A stretch of DNA of 62,766 bases, filler included, from Basidiobolus ranarum (Eukaryota), in NCBI GenBank assembly GCA_040143965.1. It is 33 parts of 33 records of this genome, joined end to end, with 100 filler letters (N's around TTAATTAATTAA, not from the genome) between each part and the next. Parts side by side here need not be neighbours in the genome. Positions count along the whole stretch, not along the records: positions 11,479 to 13,288 come from JASJQH010004284.1; positions 13,389 to 15,198 come from JASJQH010004285.1; positions 15,299 to 17,107 come from JASJQH010004286.1; positions 17,208 to 19,015 come from JASJQH010004287.1; positions 19,116 to 20,923 come from JASJQH010004288.1; positions 21,024 to 22,831 come from JASJQH010004289.1; positions 22,932 to 24,737 come from JASJQH010004290.1; 26 more parts are not named here. One strand, written 5' to 3'. The translations under genes were made by a program, and so were the position numbers. Positions 12,300-24,837 of the stretch are shown in pieces; position 1 is the first letter of the stretch, and every line of letters begins with the position of its first letter. The notes under the pieces are model-generated. The model had not been told where the DNA came from and made no database searches. It saw nothing but the letters and a program-made list of their open reading frames with translations.

Positions 12300-13030
12300 A
12301 TAGCAAAGCCAGTAGTTGCAATTGGATGATCATACTCCACAACCCAATGTTTTTGTTTTTGAAATGTTGGAGGCTCCACAATCAATATACCATGTATGAG
12401 AATCTCTGTTGGTAGCCATAGGAAGAACAAATATATGCAATCCCAACAGACATTTGAGGATTGCTATTGTAGAAAAACCATCACAATTTTAATCCATTTT
12501 GGATTTACCATTTACTTACTGTCATTAAATCATCATGTTAGATTTGATTTTAATCAGCTTTTTAGTTTCAAGAGTGACATTTCATGATCTTGTAAAATAG
12601 TTGCACATGACTGACTACAGTCTCAGAGAACTATGGATCAACACATGTCCAAAAAACATTACTCAAATTTTATATATTTATCATTTGCGTGCTTGTTGTC
12701 ATCTTTGAAAACCTTGGTTTCTTTGATATATTCACCTGAATATTTTTATAGAGTTTTTCATACCCAAGGTTTAACTCATGTGTAACAAGCACAAGTTTGT
12801 GTTAATATCTCCATCAAAGCCCACCATAGTATTAATGTTCCTGAGTCAACATTCTTCCAGCTATCTGGCAGATACCCTGCAATATTGTGCCACTCTGTAT
12901 TAAGCTCTTCCCAGATATTGGCACAGTCAACACCAGACTGAATGTCAAGTTGAATGTTCTTCTTCTGAAGCCACTCTCTGCATACTTGCACTGCATTTTG
13001 CACTTCATACTTTTGTAAATACTCCGCAAG
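12300..13030 (-). mobile_element. CACTA-like element, downstream coding remnant
   Basis: Homologous to 19116-19650 (+), 29075-29680 (-) and 16860-17020 (+). Confidence 0.55.
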
Positions 13031-13063
13031 CCCTATGTTTTGAAATTATTTAGGGAGAAATAT

Positions 13064-13136
13064 TGGTCTGGCCAAGATTTGAACCTGGGACCTCCTTCAC
13101 TCTAGCAAGGTGCTCTAACCACTGAGCTACCAGTCC
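13064..13136 (-). pseudogene. tRNA-like sequence (pseudo-tRNA or SINE head), nominal anticodon AGA
   Basis: Folds as GGACTGG-TA-GCTC-AGTGGTTA-GAGC-A-CCTTG-CTAGAGT-GAAGG-AGGTC-CCAGG-TTCAAAT-CTTGG-CCAGACC-A. A and B boxes are present; the acceptor and anticodon stems each have a mismatch. Confidence 0.75.
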
Positions 13137-13519
13137 TTGTATGCTATGCCTATATTGCTAGGGAACCTTAACCTAGGCTGTCAATGTATGGTACTTTGGC
13201 ATTTCAGCTATACAAGCAACTGATTGGCCTTAGACTTTGTGTTCAGATGCAGTCACCATACTCCATATTTTCCTCTTTTAGGAATTACNNNNNNNNNNNN
13301 NNNNNNNNNNNNNNNNNNNNNNNNNNNNNNNNTTAATTAATTAANNNNNNNNNNNNNNNNNNNNNNNNNNNNNNNNNNNNNNNNNNNNCTGTTATTTATA
13401 CTATCACAATCCTTATAAGAAGATGATTGGCCTGACGACTCTTGACTATCTGATACCCTGTTCCAAAGGATTTGTACTGCAGCCGCCGCGGAAAACACTT
13501 CTTCAAACTACCTTATAAT

Positions 13520-15198
13520 CCTTCAGTAATTAAACTGCCTTCATTTCTAAATGGTGGTTTGGCTTTCACTGGTGATCTAAAAACCTGAAGTCATGTACTG
13601 TTTGCATACAATTGGCAATCACTGAATCAGGTAAATATTGTTCATATTTGGCTTACATACCATTGATTCCCCATCTTAAAGTTTTGATAAAATCTCCCAA
13701 ATATAGATCATTGATCCAATACCGGAGTACTCACGGTAAAGCTGATGGTATTACCAATATACTTGATGGATATCACTACCAGAATCTGCAAAGTCAAGGT
13801 TTCTTTGAGAACACATATGATCATGCATTTGCATTGGCTCTGGATGATTTCTCACTAAACAAATTTACCTTTGGAAAGGCTTGCTGGCCGATAATTTTAA
13901 TCAACTTAAATCTTCCTCTTTCTGAACAGTATAAGAGTCATAATATTTTGATACTATCCATCATATCTGGACCTAAATCACCGGTGTGTATAGATAGCTT
14001 CTTGGAGCCTTTGATTGTGGAACTTGAATGGTTATCTAATAGGGTTCAGATGGGTGAATATTTTATCAAAGCAAATATTGTTTTATGTATTGTTGACACT
14101 CCTGTCATAAGTAAACTTGGAGGTTTTTGTGGGCAAAATGCACTATCTTGCTGTAGATTTTGTCAAATCAATGAAGTTTAATCTATCAGGCATATGCTTT
14201 ACTACTATCTAAATACAACAGTAAACTCCATGACTTTACCTTCAAGAGCCTGGTCAGATTTCAACATGATCACTGATATCAGTTCCCCAAATAGTCAGTC
14301 TAACATCAAACTTGGTATTAGCCAATGGCCTAAGATTATATTGTTAAAGAGGATCAGCTGGAGCTAGAGCTTCCTATCAGGCACTATGCATTTACAATTC
14401 AACAACATCACAATACTACTTACTCAGCTATATAGTGGAAAATTAAATATGAATGAGCCATTTGAGTTAGGATCAAAGTTTGAATTGATTGGGAAAATGC
14501 TTGAAAATGGAAAGGTACCATCATATTTTACCAAGACTCCCATCAATATCCACTCATCTAGGCATTTATTCAAATGCAAAGACTGGAAGTATTGGATTTG
14601 TATATATTCAAGTAGAATCTTGTCAAGACTTCTGCATGATAGTTATTGGCAACAATGGGAGTTGTTTGTGGACATTATTAATATATTTTTAAGGCATCAA
14701 CTTACATTGGCAGATCTCAGTCCAATACAGCAACTGTGCAGAGATTTTGTAATTGGATATGAAAGATGTTTTTACAAGTTTAAAGAAGATAGACTGAATC
14801 TATGCCAGTATTCAATACATTCCCTGCTGCATCTTTCACAATGCTTAGAGATTATAGGCCCTTGCTGTACATTCTTGTAGTTCCCAATGGAGTGCACCTG
14901 CAGTGAAATGATGCTCTGTGTGAAATTGTCACTATTACTGTATGCTAATCTGCTTAACAATGTATCAGCAAAATCAGTGATGGATGTAATGCAATGGGTT
15001 AAGGAGACTCCAGAGTATATTAACCTTCCAACAAAGGGCTCTTTTCAATGTACTCAGGGGTTTTGCATTGTTTGAGCATAATAACAGCTACAAAGCCCAA
15101 GCCATGAATACAGAGTAAGTACATCAACAATTTGGACTAATTTGTTTTTGTGATAATCTGATGGTATTTTTAGGAAAGCTGCAAAACAGACTTCTTGC
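13520..15198 (+). mobile_element. CACTA/En-Spm Transposase_21 (Tnp2)-like pseudogene
   Basis: DG..Y, LALD-D/G-F, CWPIILINLNLP..E, IISGPKSP..DSFLEPL..EL, CRFC, then DWKYW and SIHSLLHL..C....GP.....FPME motifs, with many stops. Confidence 0.85.
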
Positions 15199-15298
15199 NN
15201 NNNNNNNNNNNNNNNNNNNNNNNNNNNNNNNNNNNNNNNNNNTTAATTAATTAANNNNNNNNNNNNNNNNNNNNNNNNNNNNNNNNNNNNNNNNNNNN

Positions 15299-17020
15299 TA
15301 TTGGTTTTCTTATACTTTTATCACAGTTGATTGGCAACTGTTGCTTGCCACAGACCTGGTACAAGTGGAAAACACTTGTCAATTGATGACTTTTAATCCT
15401 TCAGAAATTGAACTACCATCATGTCCAAATGGTTGTTTGGCTTGAACCGGTGATCTGAAAAACCTGAAGTCATGTATTGTTTGCACACCATTGGCAATCA
15501 CTGAATCTAAAAGTACTCATAGTAGATCTGATGGCATTACCAATATACTTGATGGATATAGCTACCAGAATCTGAAAGGTCAAGGATTCTTTGAGAAAAC
15601 ATATGATTGTGTGTTTGCATTGGCTCTGGATGGTTTCTTGCTGAATAAATATGCCATTGGAAAGGCTTGCTGGCCAATAATTTTAATTAACTTAAATCTT
15701 CCTCCCTCTGAATAGTATAACAGCTATACTATTTTCATAATATCCATCATATTGGGACCAAAAATACCAGTGCTTATAGATATTTCCCTGGAACCTTTGA
15801 TTGCAGAATTTGAATGGTTATAGAATGGGGTTCAGATGGGTGAATATTTTATTAAAGCACACATCATTGTGTGTATTTGTGATCCTCCTGCCATCAGTAA
15901 ACTTGGAGGCTTTTGCAGCCACAAAGCACTCTCTTACTGTGGATAATCTAATGGTATTTCTAGGACTGCTGTAAGATAGACTTCATGGTGAGATAGGTCT
16001 AGACATGGAGTATTATTGTTTTAGCCATGGGGTATTCTATTTAGGCAATGACATATCTACTTGTGGCATGACATATGTTGACTGCAAGTTGGGTATATTT
16101 TGACTGATTACTTTATGAAAATTTACCAAAGCCCAAGGGCTTATTCTCCTTGTCTAAGGCAATAAGAGTCAGCTACTTCCCAAGTGTCAGTGCTATTCAA
16201 TATAGGCATGCATTTGAATTGAAATTCCTACAGCAGTAAACCCAGTAATTGCTGAAATTAGGTAAATAGCAACTAATTATTCAGTGGTTAGATTATTCAT
16301 ATTCTGATTGTTTAGCACTCAATTCTGACATTCAAAAACATGTGCTCATTGTTCTAATTGATAGAAATATCAATAGATCACTTTTACCAATTTTCACCAT
16401 TTTCTCAAAACCTCTTCAAATCACCTCAAATTATCATCCATGCTTAACAGGCATTTTTGTTATGATTTAAACATGTCCAATAGTCCTATTTCATAGTAAA
16501 CTATAAATAGGACATATTCAATTCAGTAAAACTCAAGTGTTTAATTCACAAATCCAAATCTTGTCCAAAACACTTCCAAGTCCCCTAAGCACTTTTATCA
16601 GTCATTTGCCATTCAAAAATTAAATTTTTGTACAAATTGCTGGAAATTAAATAACACAGGCCAAATATGAGGCTCAATTTGTTAATGTATATGAATACCA
16701 TCAGGACACTGTCAAGAGGCTGCCAGCTCACTACCAAGACCCCTGGCAGAATGCAAGCCATTGATATTGTGATGGTTCTCAAACAATTTGCAACTCAGAA
16801 AGGTGCATCTAATCTGGGTCAAATCAATTTATTTTTGTTAGGGTCACCATTATAAAATCTTCAAGTTGGATTTGATTTTAAACAATTTTTTCAGTTTTGG
16901 GAGTAAAATTACAGGATCACACAAAACAGCAGCACATGATTGGCTACAATCTCAGCGAACTTTAAATTAACCAATGTGCAAAAAATTTGACTCAAATTCT
17001 ACAAATTTATCACTAGAATG
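15299..17020 (+). mobile_element. Internally deleted CACTA-like element with nested solo LTR A at 16250-16600
   Basis: Transposase motifs as above. The LTR is flanked by a 5-bp TSD (GTAAT/GTCAT), and the empty site is visible in other copies. Confidence 0.85.
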
Positions 17021-17207
17021 CTAGACTTGTTCCATTGGAGCAGGTCATGTTGAGCCGCTCAATCCAGCCTGCTAGCACACCATCTGGCATGATCTATCAA
17101 TTACCATNNNNNNNNNNNNNNNNNNNNNNNNNNNNNNNNNNNNNNNNNNNNTTAATTAATTAANNNNNNNNNNNNNNNNNNNNNNNNNNNNNNNNNNNNN
17201 NNNNNNN

Positions 17208-18025
17208 GGAAATAGGTTCCTTGTCTTGGCACTATATGTGAATGACATAATCATAGCCACAAATGATCTATAAGCACTTAATCAGACAAAAAGCAGCTTG
17301 TCAAACCAATTTCAGAGACTGATATGGGTGAATTAAGTTATTTTCTTGGAATCCAAATCAAGAGAAATAAACCCAATCAGATAATCATGCTGAATCAGTC
17401 TAGATACATCCTAGACTTCCTAAAACACTTCAACATGGAGAATAGCAAGCCTGTATCAACACCAATGGATCCCAATGTGAAATTAATCAAAATTGCATCT
17501 GATTTGGCCCAAAATGACTCAAATCGAAGCAAGGAGTTCCCTTATTAATCCATGGTTGGTAGTTTAATGTATACAACAGTTGGAGCATGTCCAGACATTG
17601 CTGTGGCAGTGGGAACTGTCAGCCAATACCTCAAAAATCCACTATCTGAGCACAAAACTGCGGTAAAATGAATATTCAGGTATTTAAGAGGAACTGTAGA
17701 TCTAGTTCTGGAATACTCTGCCACTCATCATGCACAAAATTTGAAGGCTACAGTAATGCAGACTGGAAAAGAAACCTTGATGATAGAAGATCAACAACTG
17801 GATACACTTTTCTCTATGGTAATGGAGCCATAACTTGGAATAGTAAGAAGCAACCAACCACAGCACTTTCCACTACAGAAGTAGAGTATATGGCTGCCTC
17901 TGCTACTACACAAGAAGCTATGTGGTTAAGGAAGTTATTTACAGACTTAGGATATATGTAAAAATGTGCTATTATTGTATTTGAAGATAATCAAAGTTGT
18001 ATTTCATTAGCTAAAAAACCCTATA
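17208..18025 (+). mobile_element. Copia reverse transcriptase / RNase H remnant
   Basis: LYV-N/D-DI, MGELSYFLGIQI, YS.ADW...DDRRSTTGY and SKKQPTTALSTTE.EYMA motifs. Confidence 0.9.
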
Positions 18026-18875
18026 TAGATAGATAACAGAGCCAAGTTAAATGGCAACACCAACCAGACCATCAACTTCCAGAATACCTGCAGCCCTGGA
18101 TTTGGAACATACTTCTGGAGCCAAGTTGGATAGAATCATTACCGCAAGGAAGTTGCAGACAGAACTCTGTAACAATTTGTGTGAGATAATAAGTAAAAAC
18201 TATGAAGTTGACATACCAGTCATGACAAGCAATGATGCAGCATTCTGAAACAACCAGTCCTCAGTTAGAGAGTCACTTTACTATAATACAAGACTTTGAG
18301 AATGGTGTACTGGAGCCAAACAGCATGTTGCTTGCTCAATCTATTCTCATATGGGACTTCAGTCAATCCTACTCTACACACTTGAATCTCTAACAAAAAT
18401 GATATTGATTTGATCCAGATTAGATCCCCCCTTTGGGATTGCAAAACATCAAAGAACTGTCACAATATTGGTGGCTTACATTCTGCCAGGGATTTTGATG
18501 GTGGGACAGTGTCTTCTTGATGGTATTTTGACAGTATTTATACATGGTAAAATTTTGATCCACATATTTGGCATGCTCTATTAAATTTCTGACAATTTTT
18601 GCAAAAATCTGATTTTTGAATGTCAAATTACTGGTTTTATTGCTTTAGAAATTCAAATTAATATGCATGCTTTTCTTTAGACATTTTGGGCTTTGTATTG
18701 CAGCCCTGATGAGAATCAAAAAACAGGAGTCTTTTTATGTTTAGTCTCCACATATACACATACTTGAATCGTGAGACATAACTCAACAACATTGAAATGC
18801 TTTACCAGCAAACTAATGGTGCAAAATTTGCTAAACATGTGACAGTTTGAATAGCACTGACACTTGGCCAATACT

Positions 18876-19015
18876 TGGCTAAGGAGTGATAATGGTGGAG
18901 AATTCTGCTCTAAAGACTTTACTAGTTTTTGCTCTAAACATGGAATTAAGCAACAAACTACTGTACCTTATACTCCACAGCAAAATGGAGTTGCAGAATG
19001 TGCTAATAGGACCAT
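18876..19015 (+). mobile_element. Copia integrase core fragment
   Basis: LRSDNGGEF...TVPYTPQQNGVAE. Confidence 0.85.
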
Positions 19016-21023
19016 NNNNNNNNNNNNNNNNNNNNNNNNNNNNNNNNNNNNNNNNNNNNTTAATTAATTAANNNNNNNNNNNNNNNNNNNNNNNNNNNNN
19101 NNNNNNNNNNNNNNNTGTAGAAAGTAGCTTCAGAAGAAGAACATTCAGCTTGACAATCAGTCTGGTGTTGCCCATGCAGATATCTGGGAAGAACTTAAAA
19201 CAGAGTGGCACAATATTGCAGGGTATCCACCAGATAGCTGGAAGAAGGTTGATTCCGCAACTTTAATACAATGGTGGGCTTTGATGGAGATATTGATACA
19301 AACTTGTGTTGGGTATGAGATAAACCTTGGGTATGAAGAACTGTATAAAAATATTCAGGAGAATATATCAAAAAGACTAGGGATTTTGAAGGTGACAAAT
19401 TAGCATTTGAGTGGTAATTGTGTAAAGTTTGAGTTATGTTTTTTGCACATGTGTTGATCCATAGTTCTCTGAGATTTTAGCCAATCATTTGCAACTATTT
19501 TGCAAGATCTTGAAATTTCACTCCTCAAGCTGAAAAAATTGATTAAAATCAAATCTAACTTGACAATTTTATGACAGGAAGTAAACAGTCAATCCCAAAT
19601 GGATTAAAATTGTGGTGGTTTTCCTACAGTAACAATCCTCAAATTTATGTTAGGGAGACTCTAGGAACCAACAAACCACAAACTTGAACAGACAAGCCAA
19701 CACATACCGCAGCACACTGACCTTAAGCCATAACTCATGCTGGCCAAGGTAGAGGAAGTTCAGCAGGATCAAACGAACCAACTCAGCGCAGAGGTTCAAG
19801 CAAAGTTCCTTCCGTGGAAATATCAAGGAGACAACAAAAGTAGCAGAAGCAAATCAGCAAGTACTGCTTCAAACCTATACAACTGCTGATTACTCTTGTT
19901 AATACTTACATTATCCTATCTTAACTGTTTAGCGCATCATGCAAAATTGATAAGGATAGCAGTTAAATATGGCATAAAGTGCTTTAGTTGGATCACAATT
20001 GCTTATGTCTCTATGAAACACTGATAGCATGGAATTCTCATATATCAAAAAAATCAATGAGCCCCTATTAATACAAGCAATTTCCCTACAATTAAATGAA
20101 AAATATCTGTCAATAAAAAGCTCATGCAGCTGTATTGGCTTGATATGGCTCAATCCATTCATATTCTCAACCTTAGAAGCTTACATGATTGAATGAATAA
20201 TTAGCTGATCTAAAATTGATGAATCAAGTGATCCTGATCACTACAATCATACTGCAGATCAATCCATCATTGAGTGCTGTGATTTGTCACCAGTGTGCCA
20301 AACTACTGGTGTTTCATAATGCAGGAGCTGTTGGGCTCAATTGAAATTCAGGATACTTTGTTATTGAGGAACAAATGGGTGACCCAAAAACATGTGAATG
20401 TCTTAGTTAAACATTTGATTCGGTAAGTTACAGTATAAGTTGTTTATTGTTATACAATCATTAATTTGTAAGTTACAAACTAGGGGATGAACTTGCTTTG
20501 TCAGTTACCCAAAATCTTAATTTGGCAATACTAAATTGGGTAACTTGGTACAGGCTGGCACAATATTTCCAAGAAAGTCATCATGTCAATTGTGGTGGGA
20601 TAGTGCCATATTGTTCCTTGTAGTGTCCAATCAGGTGTTATAGGACCCAGCCATGGTATGACAGATTGTGCCAGATGGTGTACTAGCAGGCTGGATCAAG
20701 TTGCACAATCTGAACTGGCCAAATGGAACAAGTCAACAATCTATCTTCTTTCAACCTGTAATAAAGTTGTTCATATCCAGTTACAAAATCTTAGCACAGT
20801 TGCTGTATCTGCTTGAGATCTGCTAATGTGAGATGATGCCATAAGAATATATTCACAATATCCACAAAAAACTCCCAATGTTGCTAATACTTATCAGGTA
20901 GAAATCTTTATAAGATTTCACTTNNNNNNNNNNNNNNNNNNNNNNNNNNNNNNNNNNNNNNNNNNNNTTAATTAATTAANNNNNNNNNNNNNNNNNNNNN
21001 NNNNNNNNNNNNNNNNNNNNNNN

Positions 21024-21906
21024 CCTTCCGCCTTGCACTCCCAGCCAATTTCAAAGTCCACAATGTAGAGTCTCTTAGAGCCACATGTCAGAAACACCTT
21101 CCAGGGCCAATCCATTGACCCACCTCCAGCAATTCAAGTGGAAGAACACCCAGAATATGAGGTTAGCAAAATTCTAGATTCCAGAATTTATCGACGTAAA
21201 TTGCAATATTAAGTGGACTGGAAGGGTTATTCAACAAATGATCAATCACGGGAGCCAGCAACAAATCTTTCCAATTCCAAGGAACTTTGCCAGGAGTTTC
21301 ATGAAGCCTACCCAGAAAAACCTGGCCCTATGATTTCTGGAAGCCATTACTAAAAAAGGGGATACTGTCATGATTCTGATCTTGGTATACTGATCCACAG
21401 CAAATAGAACTCTTCTATTATTAGATTATGACATCATATCAGATATGCCATCCCTTCTTGGCAATCTGATGTCAGTTCACCCAGATTACCTTATATGGAA
21501 ATCATGTTCTTTGGAACATTCCATGCAACCTAACCAATCATGTCATCCCACACATGGTGTATTTCCACCAAGACCTTCCATGGAAGGTCACCTGATCATT
21601 CTTACTTCATCCTTACATCATCCCTCTTTGTATTGGTCCTTGTAGTCCCCAACACCCCAACTCTCAAACTTGCGACAGTATATTCCCTATTCAGTGTATT
21701 ATGTTTCACCTTGCAATATCTATATAAGCCCCATGTATTCCTTGATCAGATCTCAGTCTGATCAATGCCAGTTATCACTAAAGATTCTTGCCAAAGTATC
21801 TTCTTTGTCCAGTCTTGTCTTGTCTTATGGTCTATGCCCAAACACTCTCCTGTCTTCTAGCCTCTTGTTGGTGTTTCCAGTCCTTCTCAAGTTTCTTATT
21901 GTGACA
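21024..21906 (+). mobile_element. Ty3/gypsy chromovirus 3' end: chromodomain, PPT (21352-21365) and 541-bp LTR (21366-21906)
   Basis: EYEVSKILDSR...LQY*VDWKGYS....S.EP..NL chromodomain, AAAAAAGGGGATAC PPT and TGTCA...TGACA LTR. Partial LTR copies at 26743-26853 and 45469-45673 (rc). Confidence 0.9.
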
Positions 21907-22492
21907 GTTGTTGCATAGTGCATGAATAGTGCCTGATAGGAAAGTCTGGCTCCATCTGATTGCTTTAGCAGTATAATCATAGGCTGTACTGCTAGTACCA
22001 AGTTTGATGATGGACTGACTCTGTGGTGAGCTGATAACATTGATCATGTTGAAATCTGTCTGGGCTCTTGATGGTAAAATTGTGAAGTTTAGTGTTGCAT
22101 TTGGATAGTAGTAATGCAAATGCCTATTAGAGTAAACTCCATTGATTTGACAAAATCTAAAGCAAAACAGTGCGTTGTGCCTGCAAAGGCCTCCAACTTT
22201 ATTGATGGCAGGAGTGTCACTAATACATATAATGATATAAGCTTTGAAAAGTATTTGCCCATCTGAATCCCATTGGATAAACATTCAAATTCCTCAATTG
22301 AAGGGTGCAAGAAGCTATTTATAAGCCATGGTGATTTAGGTCAAGATATGATCGAAAGTATCAAACTATTATGACTCTTATACTGTTCAGAAGGAGTAAG
22401 ATTTGAGTTATTTAAATTTATCAGCCAGTAGATCTTCCCAATTGTAAATTGGCTCAGTGAGAAACCATCCAAAGCCAATGTAAATACATAAT
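21907..22492 (-). mobile_element. CACTA-like transposase remnant
   Basis: DTPAINKVGGLC.HNAL..FRFCQINGVYS motif. Confidence 0.75.
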
Positions 22493-22674
22493 GGACTTGT
22501 TCTCTGTGATAGTGCCATATTGTGCTGTATATATCATATTGAATAAATTATTCTAAAATTTATGTGGCACAATTTGGCACTATCCATCACCCTCTGGCAT
22601 GATCAATTTCAATCACACTTACTCTAATATATTGATCCAAGGTCTGATAAATCCTGGCACAATGGAACAAGTCC
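22493..22674 (+). mobile_element. 182-bp MITE with GGACTTGTTC...GAACAAGTCC terminal inverted repeats
   Basis: Full-length rc copy at 50024-50205; partial copies at 30553-30663 and 50418-50512. Confidence 0.8.
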
Positions 22675-22931
22675 TATATATCATATATGTTCCAATTTTT
22701 GGCCAAGTGATATTTGACCAAGTAATGTTAACAAACTTATATGTGATATATGAAATAGTTAGGTGTATAAAGATAGAGATAACAAGTATGATAAAGACAA
22801 TAAACTTCAATATCCCTGTTTGTATTGGTCCNNNNNNNNNNNNNNNNNNNNNNNNNNNNNNNNNNNNNNNNNNNNTTAATTAATTAANNNNNNNNNNNNN
22901 NNNNNNNNNNNNNNNNNNNNNNNNNNNNNNN

Positions 22932-23815
22932 TGGCAGTTTTTTATACTCTGTAGTCTCCGTATCCCATTGCATTACATACATAACTCATTTTGCTGATAC
23001 ATTATTAATCAGATTAGCAAATGGTAATACTGACAATTTCACATGGAGTATCATTTCATCACAGGTGCATTCCATTGAGAACTCCCAGAATGTATAGCAA
23101 GGGCCTATAAACCCTGAGCATTGTGAAAGATGCAGCAGGGAATGTACTTATCACCAGCATAGATTCAGTCTATGTACATTGAACTTGTAATAAGGTTTTT
23201 CATATCTTTTTACAAAATTTTTGCACAGTAACTGTATCTACATGAGATCTGCCAATGTGAGTTGATGCCACAAGAATATATTAACAATGTCCAAAAATAT
23301 CTCCCATTGTTGCCAACACTTATCAGGCAGAAATACTTCCAAGATTCTGCCTGAATATGCATAAAGTCAGTACTTCCAGTCTTTCCATTTGAACAAATGC
23401 CTGTACGAGTGAATATTGATGGGAGTCTTGGTTAAATATGACAGTATCTTGATGTATTCAAGCAATTTATCAATCAATTCAAGCTTTGATCCTATCTTGA
23501 ATGGTTCATTTGGATTGAATTTTTCACTATAAAGCTGGGCAAGTAGTATTCATGTTGCTGAATAGTAAGTGCATGGTGACTGATGAGAAGCTCTGTCTCC
23601 ATCTGATCCCCTTGAGTAATATAAACTTGGGCTCATGGCTAATCCCAAGTTTGATGTTAGACTGACCATTTGGCAAATAGATATCAGTGAGCATGTTAAA
23701 ATCTGATTAGGCTCTTGATGGCAAAGGCATAAAGTCTAGTGTTGTATTTGTATAGTAGTAATGCATATGCCTGATAGAGAAAACTGCATTGATTTGATAA
23801 AATCTACAGTAAGAT
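22932..23815 (-). mobile_element. CACTA-like transposase remnant
   Basis: Reverse complement aligns by eye to about 14150-15010. Confidence 0.75.
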
Positions 23816-24737
23816 GTTTCTAAGAAGACAATTCTTGAACTTAAAGATTAAGCCATGAGAAGACATTAAATCACTAATCAATTGAGTCACTATATTAGTT
23901 GATGATATGGAATGCATTGGGTTATCTACTACTGATCAAGATATCATAGTTAAAGTCCTGAATAGCCTGCCACACAAGTTTCAGAGCCTAGTATTAGCTC
24001 TAGAATTAAGAAGTGAAAATTTGACCATAAATTATATTTTTGGCTGACTTCTGGATGAGGATTTACACAAAATGGGATCCAAACAAAAGAACGATGAAAA
24101 TCCTGTAATAGGCTGTTGGAAGCTTTCCAATAAAGGTCAAAAGCACTTTAAGAAGCAAAGCAACATATTCTCTGATCACTTCAAAGAACTGGACATTAGT
24201 GCAAAGATTGCTCTAAAGAATTGTAAAAGAAGATAAACATTCTGAATCTGGAAATGTGGTTACACCAGAATATCACTTGTTCATAGCTGCTCTATCTATA
24301 ATTACCAACAAGGATTCTCAGACATGGTATATTGATTCTGGAGCCTCCCAACATTGCACAAATAAAGAACATTGGTTTGTGGAGGATGAAGAAATCCCCA
24401 TTAGAAAGGTTTTCATTGGAGATGACTGCACATTGGATGCCACTGGAAAGGCATTAATTTACAGCAATATAACTGAAGCTTCTGAAGAGAAAGTGCATAT
24501 TTTAAGAATGTATTGTATATTCCAGATATTACCAAGAATTTCATACCTCTAAGAAAGGCCACCTCAAAAGGGCTAAAATACAATTTTGAACAGTGCGGAT
24601 ACACCATTACTGATCAAAATGGGAATTATTTTGCTTTGGGAGAAAAGGATCAAAACTTTTTCAAGGTTACATATTAACCAAGAGGTCTATGTGTAAATCT
24701 AGGTATTTCCATTCAAGAAACTGTGTAATTATGGCCC
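23816..24737 (+). mobile_element. Copia gag-protease remnant
   Basis: WYIDSGASQH protease motif preceded by gag LNSLP..F. Confidence 0.85.
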
Positions 24738-24837
24738 NNNNNNNNNNNNNNNNNNNNNNNNNNNNNNNNNNNNNNNNNNNNTTAATTAATTAANNNNNNN
24801 NNNNNNNNNNNNNNNNNNNNNNNNNNNNNNNNNNNNN

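Noticed and set aside
13520-15198. Classical RIP as the cause of TE decay
   Set aside because: CA and TG dinucleotides are abundant rather than depleted, which fits CpG loss better.
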